A stretch of DNA of 56,933 nucleotides, filler included, from Platydemus manokwari (taxonomy: Eukaryota), in assembly GCA_037951405.1 (NCBI GenBank). It is 4 parts of 4 records of this genome, joined end to end, with 100 filler letters (N's around TTAATTAATTAA, not from the genome) between each part and the next. Parts side by side here need not be neighbours in the genome. Positions count along the whole stretch, not along the records: positions 42,028 to 56,933 come from JBBMOY011374758.1; 3 more parts are not named here. One strand, written 5' to 3'. The position numbers and the translations under genes are program-made. Under the pieces are notes generated by a model. That model was not told the DNA's origin and ran no database searches. It saw only the letters and a list, made by a program, of their open reading frames with translations. Shown here one piece after another: positions 42,028 to 54,668 of this stretch. Every line of letters starts with the position of its first letter. Within the stretch, counting starts at the first letter, position 1.

Positions 42028-45000
42028 TTTCCATTTATTATCACATGTATTACAAGAACTGATATAATTGGTCAAAATTATTTTTTTTGTTTTAATTTCT
42101 TATTTATTTTATTTTTAAATTTAAATTTAGGATTTGGGTTAGATAACATTGATAAGATCATGATATTCTGTTATATCACCTGTGTAGCTAAAATCATCAT
42201 ACGCCATTATTATTTACCGAGAAAACTTAAAAGAACCTTTGTTAAACACGAATACAACCATACATACAGACAACTCGAAACAAATCGAATGACAAATGTC
42301 CATAATAATAAGACACACAAACACATATTAACAAACGAAAATCCAATCAAAATTGTCCAAATTATAAAGCACAAATGAAAATCATTAAAGAAATGAATTT
42401 AAGTCGAACCAACAATAGAATTGTCGCAAGAGCTTACTTGTAGAAAAATATTACAAAATTGATCAACTTTGTACAGATTTGTATAATTTTACATAAAATT
42501 CTTTTACTTGGCATTCAATAAGAAATTTACGTGTGTTCTTTCAATGAATCGATTCATTGATAGACCGCCTTTCGTGATTACCAGTTTTAATAAAATATTA
42601 TTGATTAAATTATTTTCGACGATTCGTCGGTCCCTTTACGATTATTATAATAAAAAATAATATGTGATGATTTTGAAATCAATCAATATTTAAATGATTA
42701 TTTTAAATTGAAAATATATTGTTATTAAATGATATAAATGATCAATATAATTTATTAGAATGTTTCATCAAATATATTTTGTGGTTTGAAATTCTTGAAT
42801 TCCTTTTCAATTCATATTAAATGAAGTGATATCAGCTTGCTATGGTGACCATGAATTTGGAATCGATTCTAATACAATGAGTAATAGAATAGATCAAATG
42901 AAGATATATGATAGATATAATTCAGATGTGATATGTGAGATTTATATACAGATAAATGTATAAGGAATACTGACAAAGAGAATAGAGATAGTATTTTGAG
43001 AATCTCAGATGGAGAATGCAGATAAATATAAAGTGAATTTGTTAACAAATTATTTGATGATTTTTATGTAAAATTGGGTGTGAGGATTCAGAAATCAAAC
43101 ATTATTATTTAAACGATCGATTTAATTTGTTTGAATATTTGGATTAAATGCTGTATTTCCACCTGAACTGCTGAGTCTCAAAGATTAGTCTGTAGGCGAA
43201 GATCAGGAGCTACAGATTTGGTTTTAATAAACCATTTTTGATTAGCTGATTATGTATCTATCAATCTATAATTATTTATGCCTTTTCGAAAATATTCTGG
43301 AGATTTATTTATCTTATTTGGAATAAATGTTTATCGATATTCAGTTTGATTGTTGTGGACATTGATTTGGCATTAAAAATCGTTATTTTTAGTAGAAATC
43401 ATTAACTTTCTCGTTTGAACAAAGGTAATTATCGATGAGATTGTGTTTTGATCCAATTAAATATTTCACAAATAATTTGTCGAATGTGTTTGTTTGTCGT
43501 CTTTATGCTCAATAATGGTCGAGAAAAACACTGGCATTGTTTCATCTGATATTCAAAGCTAAAAATTATTGTTCACTGGCAGTTTTGGCTGTCAGTTTCG
43601 AAAGAAAAGAATGAATTTGAAATGGATATTTACGTGATGTCTTACGATTAAAAAAAATACATATTAATAACTTTGGAAAAACCTCTTTGAAGAGATTAAG
43701 TTTTAACATGTTATTGATTGGTAAAAGATATATTGGTAAATATATTTGAGCATTGTTAATGTGAAGGTTTCGATGGTTGGTTGATTGAAACTGAGGTGCT
43801 GATTTCGTTGTCCTTTCTAATCATCAATATCTTATAGGTCAACACCTCCCAAGCATTCGAACCAAATACTCAACCGAAAAAATCGATATAACTTACTTAT
43901 GATTTGTGAGCATCTGTTATGGATTTTTAATAAATGTTCGAGATTTTTTCTCAAAGATATTTTTTTCGTTTAGACCACCGTCTATCCAGTACGTTAATCT
44001 TTTTTCGATAAACACTACTAGATTGTTAAAGGTTAATATACGTTTATCATATCGATATTCCAGAACACTCATTCGAATCGCTAAAATTGAATTTTCCCAT
44101 CTTAAATTGAGAGATTAGATTCTGATTTTATTGGATAAAATTTCAAAATATGTTCCTTGGATTGTATTGAGTCGATAAGGAGAAATTGTTATGTCACTGA
44201 AATTCAAAACAGGACACCAATGAGTGACATGATCTTTATTGATAATAATTATCTAAAATTATTAACAAATACGAAAAGGGAATCTCTGTTTTGTACAATA
44301 TATATTCCGGCGAAATATAATTGTCTTTATATTATCAAATATATGTGCTGTAAAATCCCGAATGTAAGCTCTAAGCTATTCGTGTAAAAATATGATGTGC
44401 TGCTTGTAAGACTAAAATCCGTTTGATTTCAGGTATGAAATAATGGAAATGCTAAAAACACGAAAACCATTTCAAGATAACTTATTTATTTATCTCAATT
44501 CTTTTAAACAACAAAATTCATGCCTTCCATGAAATTATCAGCCAATGAGAGCTTGCCATAAATCCTTTAAGTTTCATCTCTTTGACAATGGTATTTGTCT
44601 GTAATCGAATTCATATAACTGATACTTGGAGTTCTCGTTCACATTGCATTAACATTACCATTCATGTAATTTCCATTTCGGATATCTAGTATTATCACCG
44701 CTCAATATGCCTTTATTCGTATTCATTGCTTTGTTAGCAGGTGTCTTTGACAGTCCACAGTTGAATTGCAGTTTCGTTGATATCATGTCATCGATCAGCT
44801 TAAAATCAGTGGAAATTTTATTAATTTTCTACAATTGAATAAATATAATCTTATATAGGTGCGTGTGTGTGTTATCGTTATTATTAAAATTGTTGGTTAC
44901 TCTAAACAGTATTGCTCACATGAAAAGGCATACTCGAGTCATCAGTGATTGGTCAAAACAATATCTAAATTGCATTAAATAATGCGAAATTATAAAAATA

Positions 45001-47496
45001 ATAATTTTAATCATAACATCACGTTGTCGCTTATCATTTAACCATGTAACTTACATTAAAAAATTGAATAATTGTTAATAATATTGATAATTAATAATTA
45101 TTTTAACTTATTTCGATTTCAAAGAACATATCTGTTGAACAAATACCGATTGATCTCAAATGAAAGTTGTATATTTTTCTGTGGATTGAAAATTTTATCG
45201 ATCTGTATAACTGAGACAAATATATTTCTGATCAATTTAAAGTTCGACAATTTCTTTTTGTCAAAATTAGATCAAATTATTGATTCTTCATATTATTATA
45301 AAAAATTCAATATGAAGACTTATAATCGATTGTTTCTTGTAATTATTTGTTTAAATTAATATTAATTTTTTTCATCTCTAATTGGATAATAATTTATTAT
45401 TTTATTACAATTTGTATTAATAAATATAATTATATTAGATGAATATATGATTGGTCTTAATCTTTTTAATTATTTTCTTTATTTATTATTATATTATACT
45501 ACTTTATATTAATTTATAAGTAATATTAAATTATAAAATTTTTATATTTGCTTTTGATAATATTGTTTACAATCAAGCATTACTCTTTAATATTGGATTT
45601 CAAAAACAGCCACAATTTTTAAATAATATTTATAATTTTTATTATTAATTTTATTATTATCTTTGATTTTTGGCTAAAGTTATTGGTGCTGAGTGATATT
45701 ACCATATCAGATTTTATATTAATCATAATAATTTAAAATATTGTTGGATAAATATTATTAGATTATCGAGTCTGGCATTACTCATTTATCATATTAAATT
45801 TCTCACAACTATAAAAGCTCGCACTGAAATAATCCATAAACAAGTCTGATTATAACGATTTGTTAATTATCTCATTTGAAACAACAAAATAATCTCAATA
45901 AAGTGAGGAACACTTTATTAACTGCTAATAGTTTATTAACGGGATCTCATTTCACATACCTGTTATAAACTACCAGCTGGGAAAATTTTTCTGGGAACTA
46001 TTACAAATGCCCATGTCATAAACGGACATTATCTATACAGCAATACCGATTCGCTTGACGCTAACCATAAAATATCGTTAATTATGTCTTTCTAACTCAT
46101 TAAAAAATAACATATTTCCTTCATTGATTTTTCTTTGAGTTAGAATGACATTTTGCCATTCTTTACCATTCTTTAAATACCATTTTTCACGCATGTATAC
46201 ATCTTTTCGGTGTGCCAATTGCTATAGTTCCACAATGGTCACGTTTTCACAAAGTTATCGTGATGGTTACTAATTTCTTCTCTAAGTGTATGTATGTGTG
46301 TGTATTTGAAGATTTTGAATTATTATCTTTATTTTCATGATAATATGTCATGCAATCATGTTTTATATTCATATGTTTGGTTAAATTTATTTTCATGGGT
46401 TTTATTAAATTATTGTCTTGCACCTATCTAGCTGTTTCCCACTCATCTTATAATCTCGTAGATTTTTATATTTATAAATTAAATTTACATATCAATAATT
46501 ATTATTATCACTATTAATATTATCTAAAACCTAACTGGATATTTCCCGCTGTTATTTTTAGCGCTACTTGTTAGTCATTTGTACTTTTTTGTTGCTGAAC
46601 TTACTCCCGTGCTTACCTCTAAAAATATCTGATTACAACGAGATAAAAGGCACTTTTTATATCTAATATAATGTATGATTATGATTAGGAAATTTTCTCA
46701 TTTTCTCAATAAAAATCGATAAAATCTACGCCCCTTAATTTGTTAGATTATTAACAATATTTCTCCTCTAAAAGTCAAATAATTCTGCAACAGTTTCGTA
46801 AATAATTATCAATTTTGAATTGATAATTTAGGGCGTATGAAATTGTAATGCGTTTTGTGATGAAAAATGAGACAAAAATAGCTGATAAATTGATAGATTT
46901 CTGATATAAGTTAAATCATCGCAGCTGTTGTTGATGCTGTTCGAAGGTTGCAATGAATTAAGCTCGTACTGACAAATATCAATCTAAGTAAAGTCGATTC
47001 AAATTAGACCTTTAAGAGAAAGAAATTTCAAAACATCAAACATCACGAATGATCACGAGAAAATATAACTGCTAATAGTGATTAGAGTGGAGAATGAAAT
47101 TATAAGTGAATTATTATTTATGTTATTAATAAATCTAGTTTCATTCGCTACCGATTATTAAAACATATGAATGGTGTTTTGAGAAATGATAATTATTTGA
47201 GATTTCTTTATAATTATCTGAATTATTATATTGAAATGGTTTGAAACTATACGGAGTGGAATGGAGCTGAAATATTTTGTGAAATTGCTCAAACTTTATT
47301 GATATATCGATTAGGAAATGTTTTTAACTATATAATTTATTGAATATCTGATTGAGAAATGTTTATATTTTGTTGAAAGAATCTCACTGATTTGCTTATA
47401 AAAGCTGATATTATAATTACAAAATTTACCATTATTATTACTATTATTATTATCTTTATTATTATTATTATCTAATTATTATTATCATTGTTATTA

Positions 47497-47652
47497 NNNN
47501 NNNNNNNNNNNNNNNNNNNNNNNNNNNNNNNNNNNNNNNNNNNNNNNNNNNNNNNNNNNNNNNNNNNNNNNNNNNNNNNNNNNNNNNNNNNNNNNNNNNN
47601 NNNNNNNNNNNNNNNNNNNNNNNNNNNNNNNNNNNNNNNNNNNNNNNNNNNN
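47497..47652. other. Intra-scaffold N gap (156 nt, no linker) next to an ATT repeat
   Basis: N run preceded by (ATT)n-like sequence. Confidence 0.97.
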
Positions 47653-48859
47653 TCCTCGTTTAGCTGTCCCTAGATTTTAAATATTTATGGCTGAAAATGC
47701 AAATATGGCTGTAGGTTGCGATAATAATACTATTGATTCCACAAGGCAGTGTAAACCTTTATATTATTAATAATATGTCAATATATAATCAACATATTAT
47801 GATCAAAATAACACAAAATAAGATCAATAAAATACATTCCAGATGATAATAACAAAGTAGATTTCATAATGATTGAATTACTTTCCAGCTAAAGTATTCT
47901 TAATTATTGCATATTATAACGAGATCGACATAGTGTCAACTTTGCTTACCAATGCATGCGTTGGAGAAAAATATAAGGCGGTGTTGATAATTTTTTGAGT
48001 CTTATTGATATAAATGAACAATAGGTGAAATGTGATGGAACGATTTATGGACTAGAATTATTAAGTTTTAGACAAAATAACAATGACCGCTGTGCATTAT
48101 TAAATGGGTTGTAAAAATGAATTGTAGAAACGAACTGGATTATCGAATATCCAAAAGGGATTTTCTTCAATCAACCTCATAGTGTGTACAGACAATACCT
48201 CAATGACATGAAATATGATCGTAAATTGTGTTGAAATTTATTAAGAAAATCATTTCCGAAATTCGTTTGTGCTTTATTTCATGTTTCGTTGTTAGTTTGA
48301 TAGTAAATATAAAGATTAAAAATCTGGTATTTCTCGATACAAAAAATTTCGTTGCTGTGGATATATTGGGTGTCAAGTGATTGATTAATGAGTTAGCAAG
48401 TTGAGAATATTATCAGTAGATCTTTGTAATTCTTATAATTATAATCATAATTATTACTAGTATTATTATCATTTTTATTTAATTTAATAATAATAATTAT
48501 TATTATTATTAATATTTTAATTATTAGACATTTTCTACTCTATTAACTAGAGTGCTTTGATAAATAAGGATTAATTAATATATATTAATATTATTCGAGT
48601 TTTAAGGAAAATCTCGTGATAATAAATGATATATCTGACATTCTTGCTCACTGAAGTTTTAGAGATGCCGATATTTTGTTTCTTTTGCCAAAAATAGTTT
48701 GTTGGAAATGACCAACAGATTTTGTAATAATTTTTTCAACCCAAAAAATACTTGAATTGTTGACACATAATGGAAAATGATCATTATTATTTATGAGGAT
48801 TATTATTTTTAAATGAAATTGAATTTTTATTTACAATAATGTACGATTTTGTTTTCCAG

Positions 48860-48999
48860 CTCGACAGATTTAAGGAGCCACCAGCATATGGTCCTATGTG
48901 TGATCTACTGTGGTCAGATCCTTTGGAAGATTTTGGCAATGAGAAAACGTCGGAGCATTTTTGCCACAACAGTGTTCGCGGTTGTTCATACTTTTTCAG
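48860..48999 (+). CDS. PPP3CA: Internal exon of calcineurin A (PP2B catalytic subunit, PPP3C/CanA family)
   Basis: 140-nt exon flanked by TTTTCCAG and GTGATT, encoding [46 protein letters not shown], nearly identical to animal calcineurin A. Neighbouring exons were not found in the window. The symbol denotes the family, not a resolved paralogue. Confidence 0.95.
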
Positions 49000-49563
49000 G
49001 TGATTAAAATCATTATTTTTGTACTTACCTTGATATTGATTAGTAAGGGTAGCCGTTAATGATATTTATCAGTAAAAAAATGACAAAAAAATTATTTCAA
49101 ATTCACTCCATTGTTTATGAAATTGTTATTTATCAAGGAAATCGACCAGTCAAATCGAAACATAAATAATATTTCTCTCAAAAATATGATTGCATGATTT
49201 CGTTCTCAATTTATATGATTCTATTTTATGTTCTGTATTGATTTTTATAAAATTATTTTTCATTAATGTTTATTAAAACACACACACACACACACAAAAG
49301 AAACAGAAATATAAATAATATGAAGTTTAGATTATAATTTTCTCTTCTTTATCTCATAGATTTTATTTTTATATTTATTTTGTTGTATCTTATATTGCGA
49401 GTGGATAACTGTTTTGCTTGTTCATATTTATAATACCACCAGGTGTTTTCAAGGTGAATTTATGCTCATTTATTTATGCATTTCTAATTATTCTTGTTTG
49501 TTATCACATTGTTTTATTGATAAAGTTTTGATTTTTGAAATTTTATTTAATTTCTTTCGAAAT

Positions 49564-49854
49564 ATGAAATAATAGTAATAATAATAATAATAATGATCAC
49601 TATAATGACAATAATAATGATAATAATAATTATTATTATTATTATCACTATAATGATAATAATAATGATAATAGTAATTATAATGATGATGATGATGATA
49701 ATGTTAATAATAATAATAATGACAATGTTAATAATAATGGTGATAGTAATAATAATGATCACTATAATGATAATAATAATGGTAATAGTAATTATAATGA
49801 TGATGATGATAATAATGATAATAATTATTATTATTACAATGATAAAAGTAATAA
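49564..49854. repeat. Degenerate (AAT/GAT)n trinucleotide tract with internal duplication
   Basis: AAT/GAT/AGT triplets; blocks such as ATCACTATAATGATAATAATAATG and ATAGTAATTATAATGATGATGATGAT recur. Confidence 0.9.
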
Positions 49855-50562
49855 TGTTGGGTCTACCGACTGTAGAGCGCAACAGTTCTCGTAATCACCT
49901 GACTCAAAAATCAAAACAAAGTTGTTGCTCACTAAGTTATATTTCTACAAAATTTACAACTTAGATTTAATTACACAAGGACCTAGCCCCTAATAAAGTT
50001 CTGTCAACAAAATACGGATCAGGTCCGTGCACCAAATTGAATTACTGGCCGAGGACTACTCCTGGTCTATACTACAATACCAGCGTGCGTAACGGTTTAC
50101 GGACGCTCAATATACTCTTCGATACACTACCGATATTCGGAGGCACTGTCCGCGAATATCACTATACAATTTAAATACTAATATTCGGGATTCACTATCC
50201 ACGAATATTCTACTACTAGATAATTTACTGTTTCCAATATTCGGGAATGCTTCTTCCTCGAATAATACACTACTTGCTAAAAATAAAAAGAAATAACCTG
50301 ATTCTTCTAGGCTTCTGATTAAAAACAAATCAAATCTTCTTTTGCAAATTCAAATTAATATTCTTCTTCTAGGCTTCTGATAAAATCCAAATCAAATCTT
50401 CTTTCTTGCTCCTGATTAATTGTTCTGATAGCTTTTTCCTTGCCTGGTTCTGCTAATTGTGACTTGTTCTCCACAAGTCCGTCTTTTTATACTATTCTTG
50501 TGCTCGCACCACTTGCAGCACATTTTTCTAACCTGAGTTGGCATGTAGGTTCAACGCCTACA
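49855..50562 (-). mobile_element. Solo-LTR-like element (708 bp) with internal hairpins and direct repeats
   Basis: Locally GC-richer block bounded on the minus strand by TGTAGG...CCAACA. TATAAAAAG box ~70 nt from the 5' end (50481-50491). A ~43-bp direct repeat at 50301 and 50363; three related hairpins at 50132-50266. No TSD found. Confidence 0.5.
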
Positions 50563-50992
50563 TTTGGATCAATATCACCCGATATTGATCGACAATTACT
50601 GTCTTGAAATCTTGGATTCTATTTAATTATTTTACTTTGCTAAAACAAATTTTATTTTCTAAATATAATTTAAAATTTCTTATTTCTCTTTATTTATCAA
50701 ATATTTTTTTCTTATTAAAAATTTAATTTTAAAATTATTTTTATACTTTATTTATTTTTAGAAAAATAAATTTATTTCCTTTATCTTTAGACTTATGTTT
50801 ATTCTTTAATAATTCACTCTTGTTTATCTTTAATTATTTTTAAAATATGAACTCTTCATTATTATTATTATTATTGTTATTATTATTATTAATATTATTA
50901 GGCGGCATAATAAAACGTTATACGACCTTAAAAATATATAGAGAAATAGGATAGTACAATACATATTTTTAAAAAGTGGTTCTAAACTCAAC

Positions 50993-51700
50993 TCAAAACT
51001 CAGTTCCTTTAACATTTAATACATGTATTTGAACATCAACATTTTCATTGAAAAAATTCTCCGCTTCAGATCGAGTAATCATATCGACAGAGTCCTCCGA
51101 TTCGTCACTCATAATTTCGGTACTCGGTGCAGATACATAGAATCTCGGAATGGGAATCAAATTCTCTTGATTTTCGAAACGATAAGGAAAGTCTTGATCT
51201 TGTTGTCGAGTTTGAAATTTAAATAATTGTTTGTATTCGTTAGAATTTCTACGATTAACATAATATTCAATATCATTATGTATAAGTGGCAATTTCAAAC
51301 ACACATAATGCGGAGTAATTATCAGATAATCAGCAAAACACGCAGGATTAAAACAGCACACAGGCAAAAATCCATGCTTATTTTCATGTCGTGGATAATG
51401 AGGATTACATAAAGTACATGCTTTGTGAAACATAGAATAACTTATACGCTTTACAGTAACCATGCGCTAATTAATACATTGACCAAAAGTATGTTTATTA
51501 TAAAGATTATTATTACAACTAAAACATTTAATCTTCGAAACATATTTTCGTTTACAAATCAAAGGTCGAGATAAAATCAATTGTTGGATTCCGACATTCG
51601 AGCGTCTCCATCGTTCGTATCGTCCAACGTTGGCGATTCCATTTTCAAGGCCACTGGGGTAAGTATGGATTTTCCATTGGCGAGACTGAAGAATCCTTAA
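50993..51700 (-). pseudogene. Cys/His-rich ORF downstream of Rep, one internal stop; function unknown
   Basis: Track ORFs 51467-51754 and 50993-51463 are in the same frame, separated by a single TAG. They contain CFSC...HKACTLC..H...CCFNPAC and an acidic C-terminus (SDESEDS). Start codon uncertain. Confidence 0.55.
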
Positions 51701-52755
51701 TGTACAATAAATCATCAAATTTATGCACGACAGTTCGCCTCTCGATTGCTGCACGGTGTTCTAATAACATTTTGGGCAAACCAGCATCCCAATTGTTGGT
51801 TTTAATAATCCTAGACATGAACATGGGTATTTCTGTGTACCCGTATTTAATATTGCACGAATATTGCCTTTTGAGATCACAAAGGTGGATAATTTCCGTG
51901 GCATGAAATCCCTTGAGCGTAAAATCATCAAAACTATATCATCTGTGATGGAGGGATCTTGTGATACTCGAGATAAGTTTTGAGAACAACTGGCCAAAAT
52001 TGGATTATTAAAATGAGATAAAGCATAATTAGTTTTCTCGATTCCAGTATGCCCTTGAAAGATGTGCGTTCTCCCATCTCATACATTTAAAGGAGGATTT
52101 TTGAACTTGTGATAATTTTTTTTGGCTGGCTCTCCATAATGAGTTGTAAGAGTTTCATTTATAGCTTTTCTTTTAAGCATAAATTCTTTCGGGTCAGAAG
52201 TTCTCAACAATAGCATTGCTTCATTTTTATTTTTACAATTATAGGCCATCCGCCATGGATTATTACAATCAACATCTTTGATTGAATTTGAAGAAGAACC
52301 AGATTGCCCGTCATTTGCCATTGTATTTTTAAAAAAAACACTCGTTGCTTTGACATTATCGAGCCGCTTATTGGTAGTTGTACCCAATTGACTAATTTGA
52401 ATTGGAGGATATTCTTTCAATCTGGTTTCGTCTTTTTGCGTGTACTCAAAAACTTTAATTTTATCTTTACCTGAAGATTAAAACAACGATAATTAATCAT
52501 AACCAAATTATCCCCAGAATTAACCAACCTGGATTTGGTTTCACTTAGTTGACTCCCAATAAGTTTCTGGCCGTGCCGAAAAACATGGCATACTTCATTA
52601 CTAGAAATATTGCACGTGTTCGAAATTCTTTTCAGACATTTCAACTTGCCCATAGAAATAGGTGCAATTTTTGGTCCTTATTTCCATAAATTTGTCTCGC
52701 ATCAACTCGAAATCATCATTATTATTATTATTATGGATTCGACTTGCTATCGCTT
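51645..52755 (-). pseudogene. rep: Endogenous CRESS-DNA-virus-like Rep (HUH endonuclease + SF3 helicase), decayed, with one putative intron (52471-52528)
   Basis: Reconstructed motifs in the canonical order: motif-I-like RIHNN; YFYGQVE; motif II EHVQY (52610-52618); motif III EYTQKDETR (52433-52444); Walker A GHTGIEKT (52031-52054); Walker B IVFDD (~51930); IIHLCD..NIKY..IP; motif C IIKTN; Arg finger AIERR; stop at 51645. Two in-frame stops and two 1-nt frameshifts. Confidence 0.88.
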
Positions 52756-54582
52756 ATTAATTCACTTTAGTAATTTTTTGATTTGAAGACGTTATATTAC
52801 ACTTAATACTTTGAAGTTTATTTTAATTCATAGCGGCTTTTAAAATTTATACAGAAATTCTGGTTAAAGTTAAGAAGTGAAATCCTAAAAAAATTTGAAA
52901 TTTGTTGTTTGTGTTGCAAAAAAGTTTATTTAATTATACTGATTAAAAACATTTTGAATTTTTTATTTGAGTACCTAAGCAGAATTTTAGTTGTTTGGAA
53001 TCAAATATTAAATAACTAGAGCTTTAAAATCTTGTAGAAATTGATTATTTAAAAAACGGCTCAAAGTATGCCAAATAGCAATTTATTGAAAATTAGTGAT
53101 AACCACATTTTTAAAATCGTTAATCCATATTTTTAAACTTTGTTTTATATTAAAAGTGATTGGAGAAATAATAATGCATCGAAATATAATCGGTGCCGAA
53201 ATATCATATTGAAACTAATGAGGTCTTCTTCGAAAGGGTAAAGTGTAAGCGCGATGGACGAAGACCAAGTATTTGGGTTGCTGAAGGATTCATATGATGC
53301 AATAAGAGGAATTTCAATCGAATTCCAGAAATTTTATGTGAAAATTTTATATAATAACGTTAGAAATAAATTTTGAAATTAAACACACGAAAATTTATGA
53401 ATTTACTTAACCGAAATTCTTGATGAAATTAATCCACATTATTCTTGAATAATTATATTTTGTACATATTATAGTAATATATATTCCTAAACAATTTTCA
53501 TTGATAAAATACCAATTTTCAAACCAAAACACATACTGATCATGAATCGTGGGCTTGACTTAAGTAAGATTGAATTTAATTTTATGAAATGATAAGATAA
53601 TATGACTGATATTGAGAATGATTGTAAATTGTGGATAAATCCATTTGTATTCAGTGGAATTGATTAATTCTAAAAATAAAACACATCAAAATATAACAAA
53701 TCAACTTTCATATACAATATGAAATTATTTTGGAAGAGTTAAGAAAATTATTTAATTGCTATTTCAATAAAGATAAACAAATCTCATTTGCCCTTAAACT
53801 ATATCCTTAAGCATCATTTGTGTACTCAATATCAAATTGCAACGAATTATACTAGTCGTCTCATAATGCTGGTATAATTTTTTGTATCTATCGATAATTA
53901 GATTAATTTTATAACAGAATGAATATATTTCGATATTTCGTTTTGGTTTATTTTTGAAAAATATAAGTTCTACAATACTAACGAAAAATCAGACAATAAT
54001 ATTCGATGAAGACTACCGCTAATGATAATAATATTACATGATTACATAAATCATCAATAAATCCCATTAATCCCATAAATTGTTCAGGGAAATTCGGCTT
54101 TCGCTTTGTTAATAGTAAATATATTACCCATGAAATATACAATGGTTTCCTGTTTCAATAAATTAAACATCTTTTACTGATTATTTCTGAAGAATTTAAT
54201 TTCTAACAAATACTACATGGTTTGTTTTAGATAAATTTCATTTAATTTTATTCTCGAATTTTTATCTTTTTGAAATGGATTTTTAAATATTTATTTAATG
54301 AAAAATTTATTATTTATTAGTGATTTTCTAAGTCAACGAGGCTCTTGCTAGAAATAAAATTGAATAAAATTTATTGAATAAATATTATATTTATTGAAAA
54401 CAATACAAAGGGATTTTATTAGATTCTTCATCCCCATTTATAATAACACCAACACATACAATTTATAATAAATGTAGTATGTTTCGTAAACATTATCATA
54501 ATATATATAGTAAAAACATCGATTGTTTGCATCAAAATTTATGGTTTCTAAAATAACACGAGTTTTTTCGCATATCTAAAGT

Positions 54583-54668
54583 TTATCTAACCTTCTCTCC
54601 CGTTGTTTTTGAGATCTTTTTAGCGATTCAATTCTTCTATAATTTGGTTGTTCCTGGTAATCAAGAAG
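54583..54668 (-). mobile_element. Second fragment of the same gypsy family (PPT/3' end)
   Basis: TTATCTAACCTTCTCTCCCGTTGTTTTTGAGATCTTTTTAGCGATTCAATTCTTC closely matches 39724-39810. Confidence 0.8.

Noticed and set aside
48787-48969. Minus-strand 60-aa ORF
   Set aside because: Antisense shadow of the calcineurin exon.
49547-49964. Poly-Ile/Met ORFs (111 and 123 aa)
   Set aside because: Translation artefacts of the AAT/GAT tract.
50132-50266. Hairpin array as CRISPR or integron attC
   Set aside because: Eukaryotic context, only three divergent units, no cas or integrase genes.
52417-52653. ORF-track 78-aa protein MGKLKCL...
   Set aside because: Wrong frame; the Rep motifs lie in the other two frames and across the putative intron.
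52788-52810. TTATATTAC upstream of Rep as a CRESS origin nonanucleotide
   Set aside because: Does not fit NANTATTAC and has no convincing flanking stem; such words are common in AT-rich DNA.
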